Below are positions 14,068 to 27,370 of a DNA stretch of 64,000 nucleotides, piece by piece; the stretch's first letter is position 1, and each line of letters begins with the position of its first letter. Position numbers and translations under genes: made by a program. The DNA is taken from assembly GCF_006345805.1 (NCBI RefSeq), contig NC_043004.1:40982001-41046000 (forward strand). Reading direction: 5' to 3'. This stretch comes from Octopus sinensis. Lineage: Eukaryota. Below the pieces are notes generated by a model. The model was not told the origin of the DNA. It was given only the letters and a program-made list of their open reading frames with translations, and ran no database searches.

Positions 14068-14486
14068 GGATCTTTTCAGTTTGAACGGCAGTTTTTAACA
14101 TAATTTCTAGGTAACTACAAAATTTTAAACTTCGTATACTGGCAGAATGTGTTTATAAAACATCTTTTTCTCTTGGCTTTATTGAGAAAATCCTATGGTT
14201 TGTAAGATATTTGTTGTTGTTTTTTTTCTTCAATTTCTGCAATTTCAACCAATCACTGACGTTTATTGAGGTAAAAAGCATTCTGTGCCGTATGTATATG
14301 TCTCTCGTTTAAGAAACAGATTGAGTTTATTTACATTTGTGAAGAAAAAAGATACCATTCTCCCCATCCCTAACCCTAACCCTAAAACAGATTGAAATGC
14401 AATAGATCGATACTACGGTCATAATTATGGGTGACAATTTCATATGACACCGCTAGAAAAAACTGCCATTCAACCTGAAAAGATCC
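14068..14486. mobile_element. GGATC-ended MITE with internal telomere-like (CCCTAA)n; one of about 11 loci
   Basis: TIR GGATCTTTTCGGTTTGAACGGCAGTTTTT (slightly diverged in this copy). Other copies at 22432, 38957, 39511, 42192, 43391, 46402, 49077, 54081, 54737 and 56909. Confidence 0.9.
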
Positions 14487-14988
14487 ACTTTTTTTGCTCC
14501 ATCTTTAAAAAAATTTTTATCAGTGTTTTCAGTCTTGAGAATATGAGGAAAAGAAAGAGGTTTAAGGTAGAGAGGGAATGAGAGGACAATGTTATAAGAA
14601 GTGAGAAAATTGGAGTGAAGTGAAGGTTGAGAGTGTAGTGGGAGGCAAAAATTAAAAAGAAGAGGAAAAGGTACAGAAAAGTGGAAGAAGATAAAACTAG
14701 ATTATGCAGGTGTATCCCATCTCTACCTTAATATTAATCCACATAAATCACAGATCACATCTTCTGTAATGAAATTTGGAATTAGAACCTAAAGATAGAT
14801 AGAATAATACCACTAAATGCATATGTGCATGCTTTCCTGAGTATACAAGCAGTTGAATCTGCCTGGGATCGAACTTGGAATTTTGGGGTTAGCAGCCCAT
14901 GCTCTTAACCACTATGCCATAGGCCTGTGGGCTACTAACCCCAAGATTCTAAGTTCGATTCCAGACAGTGACCTGAATAATTATGATG

Positions 14989-15034
<46 letters not shown>

Positions 15035-15619
15035 TAATAATAATGCAATACCAGGCAGTGACTCTCATGGCATCTGATCTTAACTGATTGGAAGTGTTAT
15101 CATGTACATTGTTTTGTCTTGGTATAAAAGATGGGCTACAGCAAATATTCTACTCAATACCACAGATTTGCTTGTCAATTGTTTGACCTTAACCAGTTGA
15201 GCATGTCCCTTAGTGGCTGACGATATGTGCATCTCTGATCATGAGCAGAAGTAGTGGGGAACATCATAGCCATGTGTTGAAAGGGATTCTTTGGGATTTG
15301 AATAATTCACCTCTGGAAACATGAGTGTTTCGTTCAACATCCTTATTCAGGGACCTTTTGAGTGGGATGGGTTACTCGACCAGAAGAAAATTGTAACTGG
15401 GCCCCCACCTGCATGGTCATGTGCTGTTTATCTTGATATGAGATCACCATGTCGTGCACACGTGGTTGTGATGCATGTACCTAGTGTATCCTTATCAGAT
15501 GGGTAGTCATGATGGGTATACTGGGCTTCGTATATTTTACCCCAGTGTCACTTTGATGGCATGCACTGCTCTCTCACTCAATAATAATAATTATTATTAT
15601 TATAATTATAATAACAACA

Positions 15620-15790
15620 TAAAAAAATACCTTAGAAACGAGAACCCAGGTTCGAAATTTCCCCAAGACACCTGATGATGGCTGGAGGGTATATCAGCCG
15701 AAACATGTCAACAACAAAGATGATGACGACAAATAGCTGTTGAATGTAAATAATGTACATAATTCCTCATCTTTTAAATATAGAACTGTA
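15620..15790 (+). mobile_element. Penelope-like terminal repeat fragment with minimal type I hammerhead core
   Basis: CTGATGA (15672-78), stem II GGCTG/CAGCC with 10-nt loop, GAAAC (15700-04). The cleavage-site side looks damaged (stem I not re-formed). Confidence 0.65.
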
Positions 15791-16419
15791 TTTCTATGTA
15801 TTGCTAGATTTCAGTCATTGAAAATTTGCTGATTCATACTTTTTTATCATTATATATATATATATATACTAAAAGGTTTATAATTATAAATTGCTTAGTA
15901 ACAAATCTGAAAGTGGGTGTATTGGACAGTGTGAAATGGTAATAAATTCCTAATCAATTACCCCCAACATCCACACCCACCCTATACACACACAAGAAAA
16001 TTCTAGATATAAGAAAAAATTTTTGAATTTATTTTTGTATCATGTCAAATGGGAATTAAAATAATAGGCCATTGACTACTATTTGTATATTGGCAACCAG
16101 TAATGTAAACCAATTCATACAATGTGTACAATGATAATCTATAAGTGTAATTTCTTTCTCAGTATGAATGATAAATAATTAAAATTTAATATAATGGTAC
16201 TATAATTTTTTTTTAAATTAAGAACAACAGAAATCTCTGAAGAAACAGAGTAAAAGCTGAAGAAATATTATTTAACCCTTTGTTACCATATTTCTTTTGA
16301 GATACACTGGACTCTGTTTCAAATAATGAAGAATTTGGTAATTATCCACCATTTTCCAACAGCAACCATGGGCAACTTTTTCAATTCCATATGTCTAACA
16401 CTCATGAACATGTTTAAAA

Positions 16420-16600
16420 ATTAAAAAAAACAACACAGCACTCATGACTTTCAGAAATATTTTTATAATGCTCAGAACTGCTGAAGCATTGAATAAACTA
16501 CCTGCATCAATTGTTAGCTGTCAAGACGCTACATCCTTCAAAACTTCCATCCTTGCTAAAATTCACCAACAGTACACCCGATGCCCCACCCCACCCCTGT
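16420..16600 (+). mobile_element. CR1 LINE 3' end (second family; minus-strand copy at about 55700-55910)
   Basis: LRTAEALNKLPASIVSCQDATSFKTSILAKIHQQYT. The 55.8 kb copy reads VSCRSTASFKTSMLPEIRQHYT on the minus strand. Confidence 0.7.
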
Positions 16601-18394
16601 TTCTTTCTCTCTTTTTTTTAAGACTTCCTGTGCATATTCTATGTACTGTTGACTGGCGTCCGTGTCGGTGACACGTAAAAGCACCAACCGATCGTGGCCG
16701 TTTGCCAGCCTGCGCTGGCTCCTGTGCCGGTGGCATGTAAAAAACACCCACTACACTCATAGAGTGGTTGGCGTTAGGAAGGGCATCCAACTGTAGAAAC
16801 ACTGCCAAATCAGACTGGAGCCTGGTGCAACCTCCGTGGCTTACCAGACCCCGGTCAAACCGTCCAACCCATGCTAGCATGGAAAACGGACGTTAAACGA
16901 TGATGATGATAATGATGATGATGATGTACATGCAGTTTTGGTTACTTTTTCTGATGGGTTATAGTGCACCTGAGACACTGTCTCTTCTATAAGCTCATTA
17001 TTATTTTTAAATAATTTAGTCATTATTAAGTTGGTGCTTGGAATATACATTAACATTTTGATCAGAAATTTTGGCTTAAATCACTTTAAAACACGAAGTT
17101 AGTGTCATAGAACCAGAATGCAATTCTGTGAGGTTTGGTATCAAAGGTGTTAATTAACATGTTATTCCTGAAGCAGGTGTTGCAAGACCAAAGAGAAAGT
17201 GCACACCCAATATGTATTGTACAGTAGAATTTTAATGGAAACAGCACAACAGATGACCATTGATGGAACAGTTCTTTGGTGATAGATCGTAATGATTGTT
17301 CTTATGCTACTGTTATGTCAGAAAATTTCTTTAATTTGAGATATTTTTATGACATTCAGTGGGTCTGGAATTATTATTCTATCACCTGAAGAAATAGCTG
17401 TAGCAAATGTCTCTTTGAAAAGGAAGAAAATAATACCAAAAATGACATGTAATCTTGAGATAAATATATGTATGTATGTGTGTGTGTGTGTGTATATGTT
17501 TGTGTGTCTGTGTTTGTGTTTGTTCCCCCAACATCGCTTGACAACCGATGCTGGTATGTTTACATCCCTGTAACTTTTTGGTTCGGCAAAAAGATAGAAT
17601 AAATACTAGGCTTACAAAGAATAAGTCCTGGGGTCAATTTGTTCGACTAAAGGCGGTGCTCCAGCATGGCCGCAGTCAAATGACTGAAACAAGTAAAAGA
17701 GTAAAAGAGAGGGAGTAAAGAGAGCAAGCAAAATAGTAAATTGGGGACCTACAATAGTATTTTAAGGGTCTATGAAAAAACTTTGTTTCGGATGTATGTA
17801 TTGGTACGTATTGCAAGAAATAGTTAGGTCTCTTTCTCTAACATTTTATATATTTCAACCAATACAAGTTAATGAGTGAAAAACGAAGTGGGAATTTTGA
17901 AAGAAGCATCTATAGAGTAAGTTTTCAAACATTGAATGGCTATGGAGGTCCACCAGAATAAAATAATAATCATAGGGGTCCATAGATAAAAAGAATGGTT
18001 GTGGCTGTGTGGTAAGTAGCTTGCTTACCAACCACATGGTTCCGGGTTCAGTCCCACTGTGTGGCACTTTGGGCAAGTGTCTTCTACTATAGCCTCAGGC
18101 CGACCAAAGCCTTGTGAGTGGATCTGGAAGACGGAAACTGAAAGAAGCCCGTCGTATATATATATATGTTTGTGTGTCTGTGTTTGTCCCCCCAACATCA
18201 CTTGACAACCGATGGTGGTGTGTTTACATCCCCGTAACTTAGCTGTTCGGCAAAAGAAACCCGATAGAATAAGTACTAGGCTTACAAAGAATAAGTCCTG
18301 GGGTCGATTTGCTCAACTACAGGCAGTGCTCCAGTATGCTGTGGCACATTGGTGTTCTATGAGATAATGTTAAGCGTGTCGCATTGTAACCTGA

Positions 18395-18585
18395 ATATAT
18401 TAAAAATGGGGAAGGCCAGTTTATGGATTACCTTAGGTTTCCCGTCAATAAAGGGCTTAGAGTGAGGCTTTTCCCCTCTGAGCCAACAGGTTTTTGGGAT
18501 CTGACGATACACCATAAAGCTAAACTTTTATGGACGGAAAACCTAAGGTAATCCCATAAACCAGTGTTCCCCATTTTTAATATAT
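18395..18585. mobile_element. ~190-bp MITE with long TIRs in a TA context (Tc1/mariner-like)
   Basis: ATATATTAAAAATGGGGAA...GATTACCTTAGGTTT mirrored by AAACCTAAGGTAATC...TTCCCCATTTTTAATATAT. Confidence 0.7.
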
Positions 18586-18599
18586 ATATATGTATTAAG

Positions 18600-18751
18600 T
18601 TAATCCAAACATGAAAACACAACAACGCGAGGACGTGGAACAAATATAGTATAACGTTTCGAGTGGAGCTCCTCGTCGGAAACATAGGAGAAGGAAAGAT
18701 CCAGAGAAGGGAAGACAGAGGAAAAAAAATCGCCAACGGGACACACGAGGT

Positions 18752-18755
<4 letters not shown>
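18600..18755 (-). mobile_element. Penelope-like terminal repeat fragment with degenerate hammerhead
   Basis: Minus strand reads TTT-CCGACGA-G-GAG-CTCCA-CTC-GAAACGTT, a minimal type I layout with palindromic ACGU stem III. Confidence 0.55.
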
Positions 18756-18818
<63 letters not shown>

Positions 18819-18985
18819 TTATATATTTGTTGTGCAAGATTTTTTATGTGAAGTCATGTGTTGAAACAGATATTGTTATATTCGGAATGGTCATTTTACC
18901 AGTTTAGCCAATAATATATATAATTCTTTAACAAAAATAATGTTGACAATGACTTTGAAGTTTTGGCTACCTGTGTGTATGTATA

Positions 18986-19046
<61 letters not shown>

Positions 19047-19312
19047 TGTATATGCATCATCATCATCATCATCATCGTTTAACGTCCATTCTCCATGCTA
19101 GCATGGGTTGGACGGTTCGACCGGGGATCTGGGAAGGCAGATGTATATATATGTATATATTATATATATATATATATCATCATCATCATCATCATCATCG
19201 TTTAGCGTCCGTTTTCCATGCTAGCATGCGGATGGTTTGTATTTACCGATCTTCTGATTACCTCATTTCTTCTAATATATAATACCTGTACATCATCTCC
19301 AAACCTTCCAAT

Positions 19313-19381
<69 letters not shown>

Positions 19382-19730
19382 ATATATATATATATATATA
19401 TGTTTATACACACTCACACACACACTTATATATAAATGTTGGTGTTGTGAATTCTCTAAGTTGTGTAGCAAGACACAGTTAAAGACAACCACCAAACTGA
19501 CCACACTGCCTTCATATGCATAACAGTGTGTTAATATATATATATATATATATATATCAACTGTGTAATATATAAGTGTGCACACAAAGACACTCACACT
19601 TGAATACGCACCAGTAATTCTTCCTATTATAAATGGTTTGAATTAAAATTCTTTCAGAAATAATGCATTTTTAATGAAGGGTTTGTAACTAGTGTGAGAT
19701 GCAGCATCGTAGTATGTTGTGTGTGTGTGT

Positions 19731-20644
19731 GTGTGTGTGTGGTGGGGCTGGGTATACAGGACAATACAGTGTCTACTCTATCAGATATTGTATTAAATAC
19801 AATACGTGTACAACTGTGGCATATGTAATGTACTACGTAGTGAGTAGTTCTCTGTAGTATGTATAATGTAATTTATACTTTGAGATATCTGGTGTGTGAT
19901 GTATATAAGCATGGTGTGTCATGATATAGTTGTTGTATGGTAGGGTTGGTGTGACGCAGTGTTGGTATGTTATTTGGATAGGTTTTGTGTGGTGACGATT
20001 TGGTGTGGTGTAGTGTGGTGTAAGGCTTGTCTGGTGCGGTGTTGGGTGTCTGTCTGGTGAGGTTTAATGTAGCAAAAGTTTTATGAGGTTTTTTTTTTTT
20101 TTTACATTTTGTTTGTGTGTGGCATTAAGAGTTGATGTGGTGTTTAGTATGGTCTGCATGTGTGTAGGTGTGTATGTGTGTGTGGTGTGTGTGTGTGTGT
20201 GGTGGGGCTGGGTATACAGGACAATACAGTGTCTACTCTATCAGATATTGTATTAAATACAATACGTGTACAACTGTGGCATATGTAATGTACTACGTAG
20301 TGAGTAGTTCTCTGTAGTATGTATAATGTAATTTATACTTTGAGATATCTGGTGTGTGATGTATATAAGCATGGTGTGTCATGATATAGTTGTTGTATGG
20401 TAGGGTTGGTGTGACGCAGTGTTGGTATGTTATTTGGATAGGTTTTGTGTGGTGACGATTTGGTGTGGTGTAGTGTGGTGTAAGGCTTGTCTGGTGCGGT
20501 GTTGGGTGTCTGTCTGGTGAGGTTTAATGTAGCAAAAGTTTTATGAGGTTTTTTTTTTTTTTTACATTTTGTTTGTGTGTGGCATTAAGAGTTGATGTGG
20601 TGTTTAGTATGGTCTGCATGTGTGTAGGTGTGTATGTGTGTGTG
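19731..20644. repeat. Apparently perfect tandem duplication, period 460 bp, bounded by (GT)n
   Basis: GGTGGGGCTGGGTATAC at 19741 and 20201. The copies look identical, including a 15-T run. Confidence 0.9.
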
Positions 20645-21475
20645 TGTGTGTGAGTGTGTGTGTGGTGTATTGTTTGGTTGTGTGTTGCTGTACAGTGTAT
20701 GTGTGTATGTGTGTATGTGGTGTGTATGTGTGTGTGTGAGTGTGTGTGCGTATGTGTGTGTGGTGTATTGTTTGGTTGTGTGTTGCTGTACAGTATGGTC
20801 TGCATGTGTGTATGTGTGTATGTAGTGTGTATGTGTGTGTATGAGTGTGTGTGCGTATGTGTGTGGTGTATTGTTTGGTTGCTGTACGGTGTGGTGTCAT
20901 CGTAATGGCAGTGGTAGTGGTGGTGGTGGTGGTTGTGGTAGTCATTGTGATCGCCATGGTTGCGGCAGTAGGGATGGTGGTGGCAGTGGTATGGCATGAT
21001 CTATTATGTTTGGTGTGGTTTTAACTGCATAGAATATGATGTGGTGTATGTGTGTTATGATGCTGATTTGTGACTGATATGATGAGGTGAGACAGCATCC
21101 CTCTCCCCTCTCGACATGTAATATAGCTAGTGGTGGACACACACACATATAAACACATACACACGCACACACAAACACAGATACGAGGAGGGGGAGGGGT
21201 GGCAAGAAGTAGTGAGAGGTAGACAAATGTGGTGGGGACGGTGAGGTAATGAGCAAAACACTGGAAGACATTTGACCCCCCAAAATATATAAGATGTATA
21301 AAGGGTAACAACAACAGAAAAATTAATAATAAAAACAATAACAAGAAGCTTGAAAAGAGAATAGAAAATGATGAAAAGGTATTTAATATTTGATAACTAC
21401 CATTGCATGACTGTTGTTATTTTTTACCCTCAGGTCAGTCTTGACTGAGTAGATATATGACCAAAGGGCCTTTAA

Positions 21476-21696
21476 CCCTTTAGCATTTAAACCGGCCATA
21501 TCCGGCCAAAAGTATTCTGCCTGTTTTATGTTCAAACTGGCCAGATCTGGTCTCTCACGCCAACCCTACAATATCGTTTTAAAAATTAACAGCTACCTCA
21601 TCAAAATCTCATACCTACAAGATAAGGCATGATTAGTTCAAAACAATGTGGATAAAAAAGCATTTGTTTTGGTAGAATAATGCGAACACTAAAGGG
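21476..21696. mobile_element. piggyBac-like MITE
   Basis: TTAA on both sides (21472-75, 21697-700). Ends CCCTTTAGCATTT / AACACTAAAGGG. Confidence 0.75.
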
Positions 21697-22299
21697 TTAA
21701 GCATTTTTGTTTTCTTTCTTTAAGAGATAGTGTACCCCAGATTAAAGTACCCAATTTGTCCCTTTTTGTTTGAGTTAGTATGATGTAGTCAATTGGTGGA
21801 ACCCAAGGATAACTTGTTGATCTCAGACAAGACAAAAGTCAATCAGTGTACATATCTCAGAAGCTGTATTTCAAGTCCAGGATAATATAAAGCAATGTCT
21901 GTATGCCAATACCTTCATCCAGTATAGAAATCAAAGACCAGCTGTAAGATGACAAACCCGCACCTGTATTCTTATTCTTATGGCTGGGTTCCAAGTCAAG
22001 CTGCAGCAACAAAGTCCACCCACTACACCTCTTGGTCCAACATCACTACCTCAAGGTCTTGAATATGTTCCAGGCCAGTGTCTGCAATTAAGCTGACATT
22101 TTCCTCTCCTTACGCCACCACGAAGGATTGCAGGAAAGACCACTATCACCAATTCACCATGAAGAAAGTTTGGCATGGAGGAAGTTTACCAAGAAAACAT
22201 ATACATAGTATCTCACCATTAATAATCAAAAACTATTTTATTGAAAGAAAAAAATGATGAACTGATGACAGAGAACTTTCCCTGTGGTGAATTGATGTT

Positions 22300-23100
22300 G
22301 GTGAACTTACTGGACATGAAGTGGGTTCCATAAGATTGATTTGGATGCTTCCAGTTCAGGGTGGCACATACAGTGACCAGATAATTGCAGCTGTCTTTGC
22401 CTGATTTTCCTAACTTTCTTTGCCTAACTTTGGATCTTTTCAGTTTGAACGGCAGTTTTTGACATAATTTCTAGGTAACTAAAAAGTTTTAAACTTCGTA
22501 TACTGGTAGAATGTGTTTATAAAACACCTTTTTCTGTTGGCTTTATTGAGAAAATTCTATAGTTTGTAAGATATTTGTGATTTTTTTCTTCAATTTCTGC
22601 AATTTCAACCAATCAATGACGTGTATTGAGTTAAAAAACATTCTGTGCCGTATGAATATGTCCCTCGTTTAAGAAACAGATTGGGTTTATTTACATTTGT
22701 GAAGTAAAAAAGATACCCTTCCCCCCACCCCTAACCCTAAAACAGATTGAAATGCAATAGATCGATACTAGGGTCATAATTATGGGTGACAATTTCATAT
22801 GACACCGCTAGAAAAAACTGCCGTTCAAACCGAAAAGATCCCTAACTTTCAGTGGGTCTCCATAAAGGCATTCAGTTGTCATATGTTGCTGTCATTTTAC
22901 ATTTAGGGCCATTCATAGCATCCTTGAGTAGCAGGTATCTAGCCCATTTAATAATTCCTTTGTCAGTATCCATGTTTCACTTCCATATAATAATAGCTAT
23001 ACTCATCTATTGTTATACCAACAGTCATCTAATGTCTGTGAAACCTGGACAAAAACAGTGAGGATCTTTCAAGTGCCGGGTGTGTCCCACTGATACTGCC
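22300..23100 (-). mobile_element. Degraded RTE-like LINE C-terminus interrupted by a MITE
   Basis: Minus strand RMALNVK.QQHMTTECLYGDPLKV...SGHCMCHPELEASKSILW resembles the 11.7-12.2 kb LINE end. Confidence 0.5.
22432..22841. mobile_element. GGATC-ended MITE, 8-bp TSD
   Basis: TSD CTAACTTT at 22424-31 and 22842-49. Confidence 0.92.
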
Positions 23101-23174
23101 TACATTCAATCCTGGGCATCTCTTACAGGGGCAGAGTCAGAAACAAAGAGTTACAATATTTGATGCATGTTATG

Positions 23175-23226
<52 letters not shown>

Positions 23227-23710
23227 ACCCCTCTCTATGTATATATGTATGTGTGTGTGAAACGTAAATCGCATATATTTATGCACTTATACATTTATAT
23301 TTCCTTTGTAAGTTGTATTTTTTTCAGTGCGCTTTATTTACCAAGCTTAGATGCAATTTCCTTTAGAAAATTGAAAAAAAGTCAAATGAATGCAACTTAA
23401 ACGACTCTCCTGTCTCTCTCTCTTAGTAAAAGCAAGAACACATGAAATGAAACTGTTTTGGAATACATTTGATGTCATGCAAGGCTGTTATCTTAAGTAG
23501 CATGTTCTAAAATAAGGATTATCTTTTAAGTCTATCCCAAATGATCTTTTTAGGATTTTTTTTTCCCCATTGATTATTGATTTTTTAAAAATGAAATGGC
23601 TAACACATTTTTGCAATATCTTGGAAACTGACTGTATTTGGTTTTCTCTTACCAAATGCAGCTTGATGTTTCATGCATTTAATATGTGTGTGCATGCATG
23701 TATGTATATA

Positions 23711-23756
<46 letters not shown>

Positions 23757-24447
23757 TGTATATGCACACACACACATATAATAATAATAATAATAATAAT
23801 TGTAACAACAACAAACATAATCGAAGTATAGATCATATTTTTGGTGATATTTTTGAAATTGAAGCACAAAAAAAGATATTTTGGGAATAATAGATTATTA
23901 AACAATCTCGTAAATGAAGGCTACAGTCAGCTAATACAAGAAATATTTAAATAGCCACAAATTACAAGCGCACGAGTATATTGGGATGTATTCAGATAAT
24001 ACGATTACCATCGTTTCTTAGTTTTTGGATGCTTTGTTTATTTTTCATTTTTATTTTTATTTATTTATTTATTTATTTATTTATTCTCTAACAACACCTC
24101 TCTACTACATCTCTGTATCGCTGATCATCTAGCACAGAGTCTGCAGAACTATACCAATATTATATATTTTACTAATTTATTTCTTTACAGTAGTTGGTAG
24201 GAGGGGCTATGGCTATCGAATTATAATGAAACAATATTTTTAATTTTTAGCATTCATAAATTATAAATTATTTTGCTTATGAAGAATTAGTTATTATATT
24301 TCGTACATTGCCATAAATACATTCTGATCTTATCTTCTAAATTTAATTTATGAGTTTGGTTTCATATGTATTTCTTATTCTTTCTCTTCTCATATACTAT
24401 ATATGTGCTCCATAATTATATTGTATGTATATATATGTATATATATA

Positions 24448-24745
24448 TATATCACGTGATCACGTGACCGACCAGACCATCAGATGTTGCTACATATCGC
24501 TGGTCACAATGCGTTCACATTGTTTTAGCCTTGGAATGACGCCACCCTGCTGGCTAAGTGAGCAGGCCAACAGAAGAAAGAGTGAGAGAAAGAGTGGTGA
24601 AAGAGTACAGCAGGGATCACCACCCCCTGCCGGAGCCTTCTGGAGCTTTTAGGTTTTTTTCGCTCAATAAACACACACAATGCCCGGCCAGGTAATCGAA
24701 ACCATGAGACCGCTGCCCTAACCACTGGGCCATTGCGCCTCCATA
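24448..24745 (-). mobile_element. tRNA-derived SINE: family C-type head with a different tail
   Basis: Minus strand TGGAGGCGCAATGGCCCAGTGGTTAGGGCAG...GAGCGAAAAAACCTAAAAGCTCC, ending GGTCACGTGATCACGTG. Confidence 0.75.
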
Positions 24746-24752
24746 TTTAGAT

Positions 24753-24823
<71 letters not shown>

Positions 24824-25389
24824 GTTCACATGTACAAAAAACAAAATACAGAGACAAGTGAAGGAACCACAAGCAAGGTGTATTTGTTTAATGCTCAGGA
24901 AAATGAAAAAGTCTTTAATGTTTCGAGCCTATGCTCTTTGACAGAAAGAGGTGAGGGAAAAAAAATGGAGAGAGAGAAAAAAAACCCAAATATCCTTCCC
25001 CAAACAACCGAGGCAACATATATAATCAAACTGTACATCTAATACATTATTTGACAGGGTGCATAAATCAGAGATCAGAGTATCTCTCCAGCTTGAGCAA
25101 CTGGTTCTTTGCATTGAGGGGTCACAGCTCCAGTACTAATGAACATGTGGATTGCAGACCAGATTATTTTCAATTGTTTTCGTTCCAGCACACGATCTCA
25201 GATCAGATCACTCGCTATATATAAGTACATGTATCTATCTATCTATATATATATATATATATACACACACATCTTGGTACTTATTCTATTGGTCTCTTCT
25301 GCCAAACTGCTATGTTACCAGGATGTAAACATACCAAACCGGTTATAAAGCAGGACAAAGAAAGACACACACACACATATATATATATA

Positions 25390-26025
25390 TCATCATCATC
25401 ATCATCATCATTTAGCGTCCGTTCTCCATGCTAGCATGGGTTGGACGGTTCAACTGGGTGTCTGTGAAGCTGGAAGGCTTCATCAGGCCCAGTCAGATCT
25501 GGCAGTGTTTCTACGGCTGGATGCCCTTCCTAACGCCAACCACTCCATGAGTGTAGTGGGTGCTTTTTACGTGCCACCCGCACAGGTGCCAGACAGAGCT
25601 GGCAAACGGCCACGAACGGATGGTACTTTTACGTGTCACCGGCACGGGGGCCAGGTAAGGCTGGCAACGGACACAAATGGATGGTGCTTTTACGTGCCAC
25701 CAACACGGGGGCCAGACAGAGCTAGCAAACGACCACGAAACGGATGGTGCTTGTACGTGTCACCGGCACGGGGGCCAGTCGAGGCTGGCAACGGACACAA
25801 ACGGATGGTGCTTTTACATGCCACCGACATGGGGGCCAGACAGGGTTGGCAAACGGCCACAAACGGATGGTGCTTTTACGTGTCACCGGCACGGGGGCCA
25901 GACAGAGCTGGCAAACAGCCACGAACGGATGGTGCTTTTATGTGTCACCGGCACGGGGGCCAGGCTGGCAACGAACACGAACGGATGGTGCTTTTACGTG
26001 CCACCGACACAGGGGCCAGACAGAT
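25390..26025 (-). mobile_element. RTE 3' tail with about 7 VNTR units
   Basis: (ATC)n, tail core, then repeated GGATGGTGCTTTTACGTG(C/T)CACCGGCACGGGGGCCAG units. Confidence 0.88.
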
Positions 26026-26029
26026 ATAT

Positions 26030-26222
26030 ATATAGTCGCCATGATAGATCAGTAGCCACTACACACATTTTTTTCTCTCCTTGTTTCTTTCTGTGTTCCT
26101 TTCTGTGGAAGAGCTTAGACTCGAAATGTAAAAGACTTTTTCAATTCCCGAGCGTTATACTAATACATCCGTTTGTTTTCTGCACCACCTGCCTTCGTCT
26201 TTTTTTTTCCGTGAATTCTCCA
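26030..26222 (+). mobile_element. Solo Penelope terminal repeat, same family as 61770-61990
   Basis: Shares TTTTTTTCTCTCCTTGTTTCTTT...GAGC.TAG.CTCGAAA.GTAAAAGACTT...CACCTGCCTTCGTCTTTT with the 3' end of the PLE. Confidence 0.8.
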
Positions 26223-26488
26223 TATATATATATATAATTGCAACGTGGAAGATGTTTATAAGCCATTTAAGATGCAGCACGAAGTTTTGTCAGTGAACAG
26301 GTCGTGGTCTCAAAGCGAAGAAAATATTTTGACAAATTAAATTTAAATGTTGAAGTGAATCTAACGGTTTTTGTGTGTTTCTTAAATGGCTTATAAACAC
26401 CTTCCACGCTGCAATAGTTTTCGTTCCAGCACACAATCTCAGCTCAGATCACTTGCTATATATATATTTAAGTACATCTATCTATCTA

Positions 26489-26542
<54 letters not shown>

Positions 26543-27370
26543 TATATATACATATATATATATATACACACACAACAGGCTTCTTTCAGTTTCCATCTAC
26601 AAAAATCCACTCTCAAAGATTTGGTCAGTCCAAGGCTATAGTAGAAGACACTTGTCCAAGGTGCCATGCAGTAGAACTGAACCTGGAACCATGTGGTTGA
26701 AAAGCAAACTTCTTACCACACCGACATACACACATATATATTCGTAAGGAGTTTTAATTAAAGCTTTATTGCAAATTTTATTTACTTGTTACTTACTTAT
26801 GCCCCATTCTGAATTCCCACACCTCACCAAAATATTACCATACCTCTTGGGCAGGAAATGCACTCCAACTTGACAAACACTGAGGTAGACACTTCTTTGT
26901 CATGACCATTTGACTTATTGAACTCTTTCGGGAATTCTGCTACACAGAATATTTGTTACCAGAGCAGACCAAGACTAGATAGACAAGCAAGCAGGTGGAG
27001 AACAGAGAAGAAGAGGTTGACTGACCGACAGAGACACAGTTAAATAAATATGCTACCAGACATACAGACAGAGGATCAGAAGTTAATCAACTTTTGATTA
27101 ATATAACAAAAGTCAGTTAATTAGTGCATCTTGCACATAATATCCCTTGATTGATTGTCCATTAGGGTAATTCAGTAAGTTCTTCATTTTGCAGCATCTT
27201 GAATATAAATGGTTCTATAAGAATGGTAGGGCTTTAGCAATTAACTGTATGATAAATTGACTGAATGATAAATTAATGTCTTTCCACCAAGGTCGACTTT
27301 GCCTTTCATCCTTTCAGGGTTGATAAAATAAGTACCAGTAGCGCATTGGGGTCAATGTAATTGTCTCACC

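Noticed and set aside
25436-26237. Regularly spaced ~60-bp repeats and repetitive ORFs (also 2678-3244, 33450-33817) resembling a CRISPR array or repeat protein
   Set aside because: The whole unit repeats with no unique spacers and no cas genes. It is the RTE 3' UTR VNTR, and the ORFs occur in several frames on both strands.
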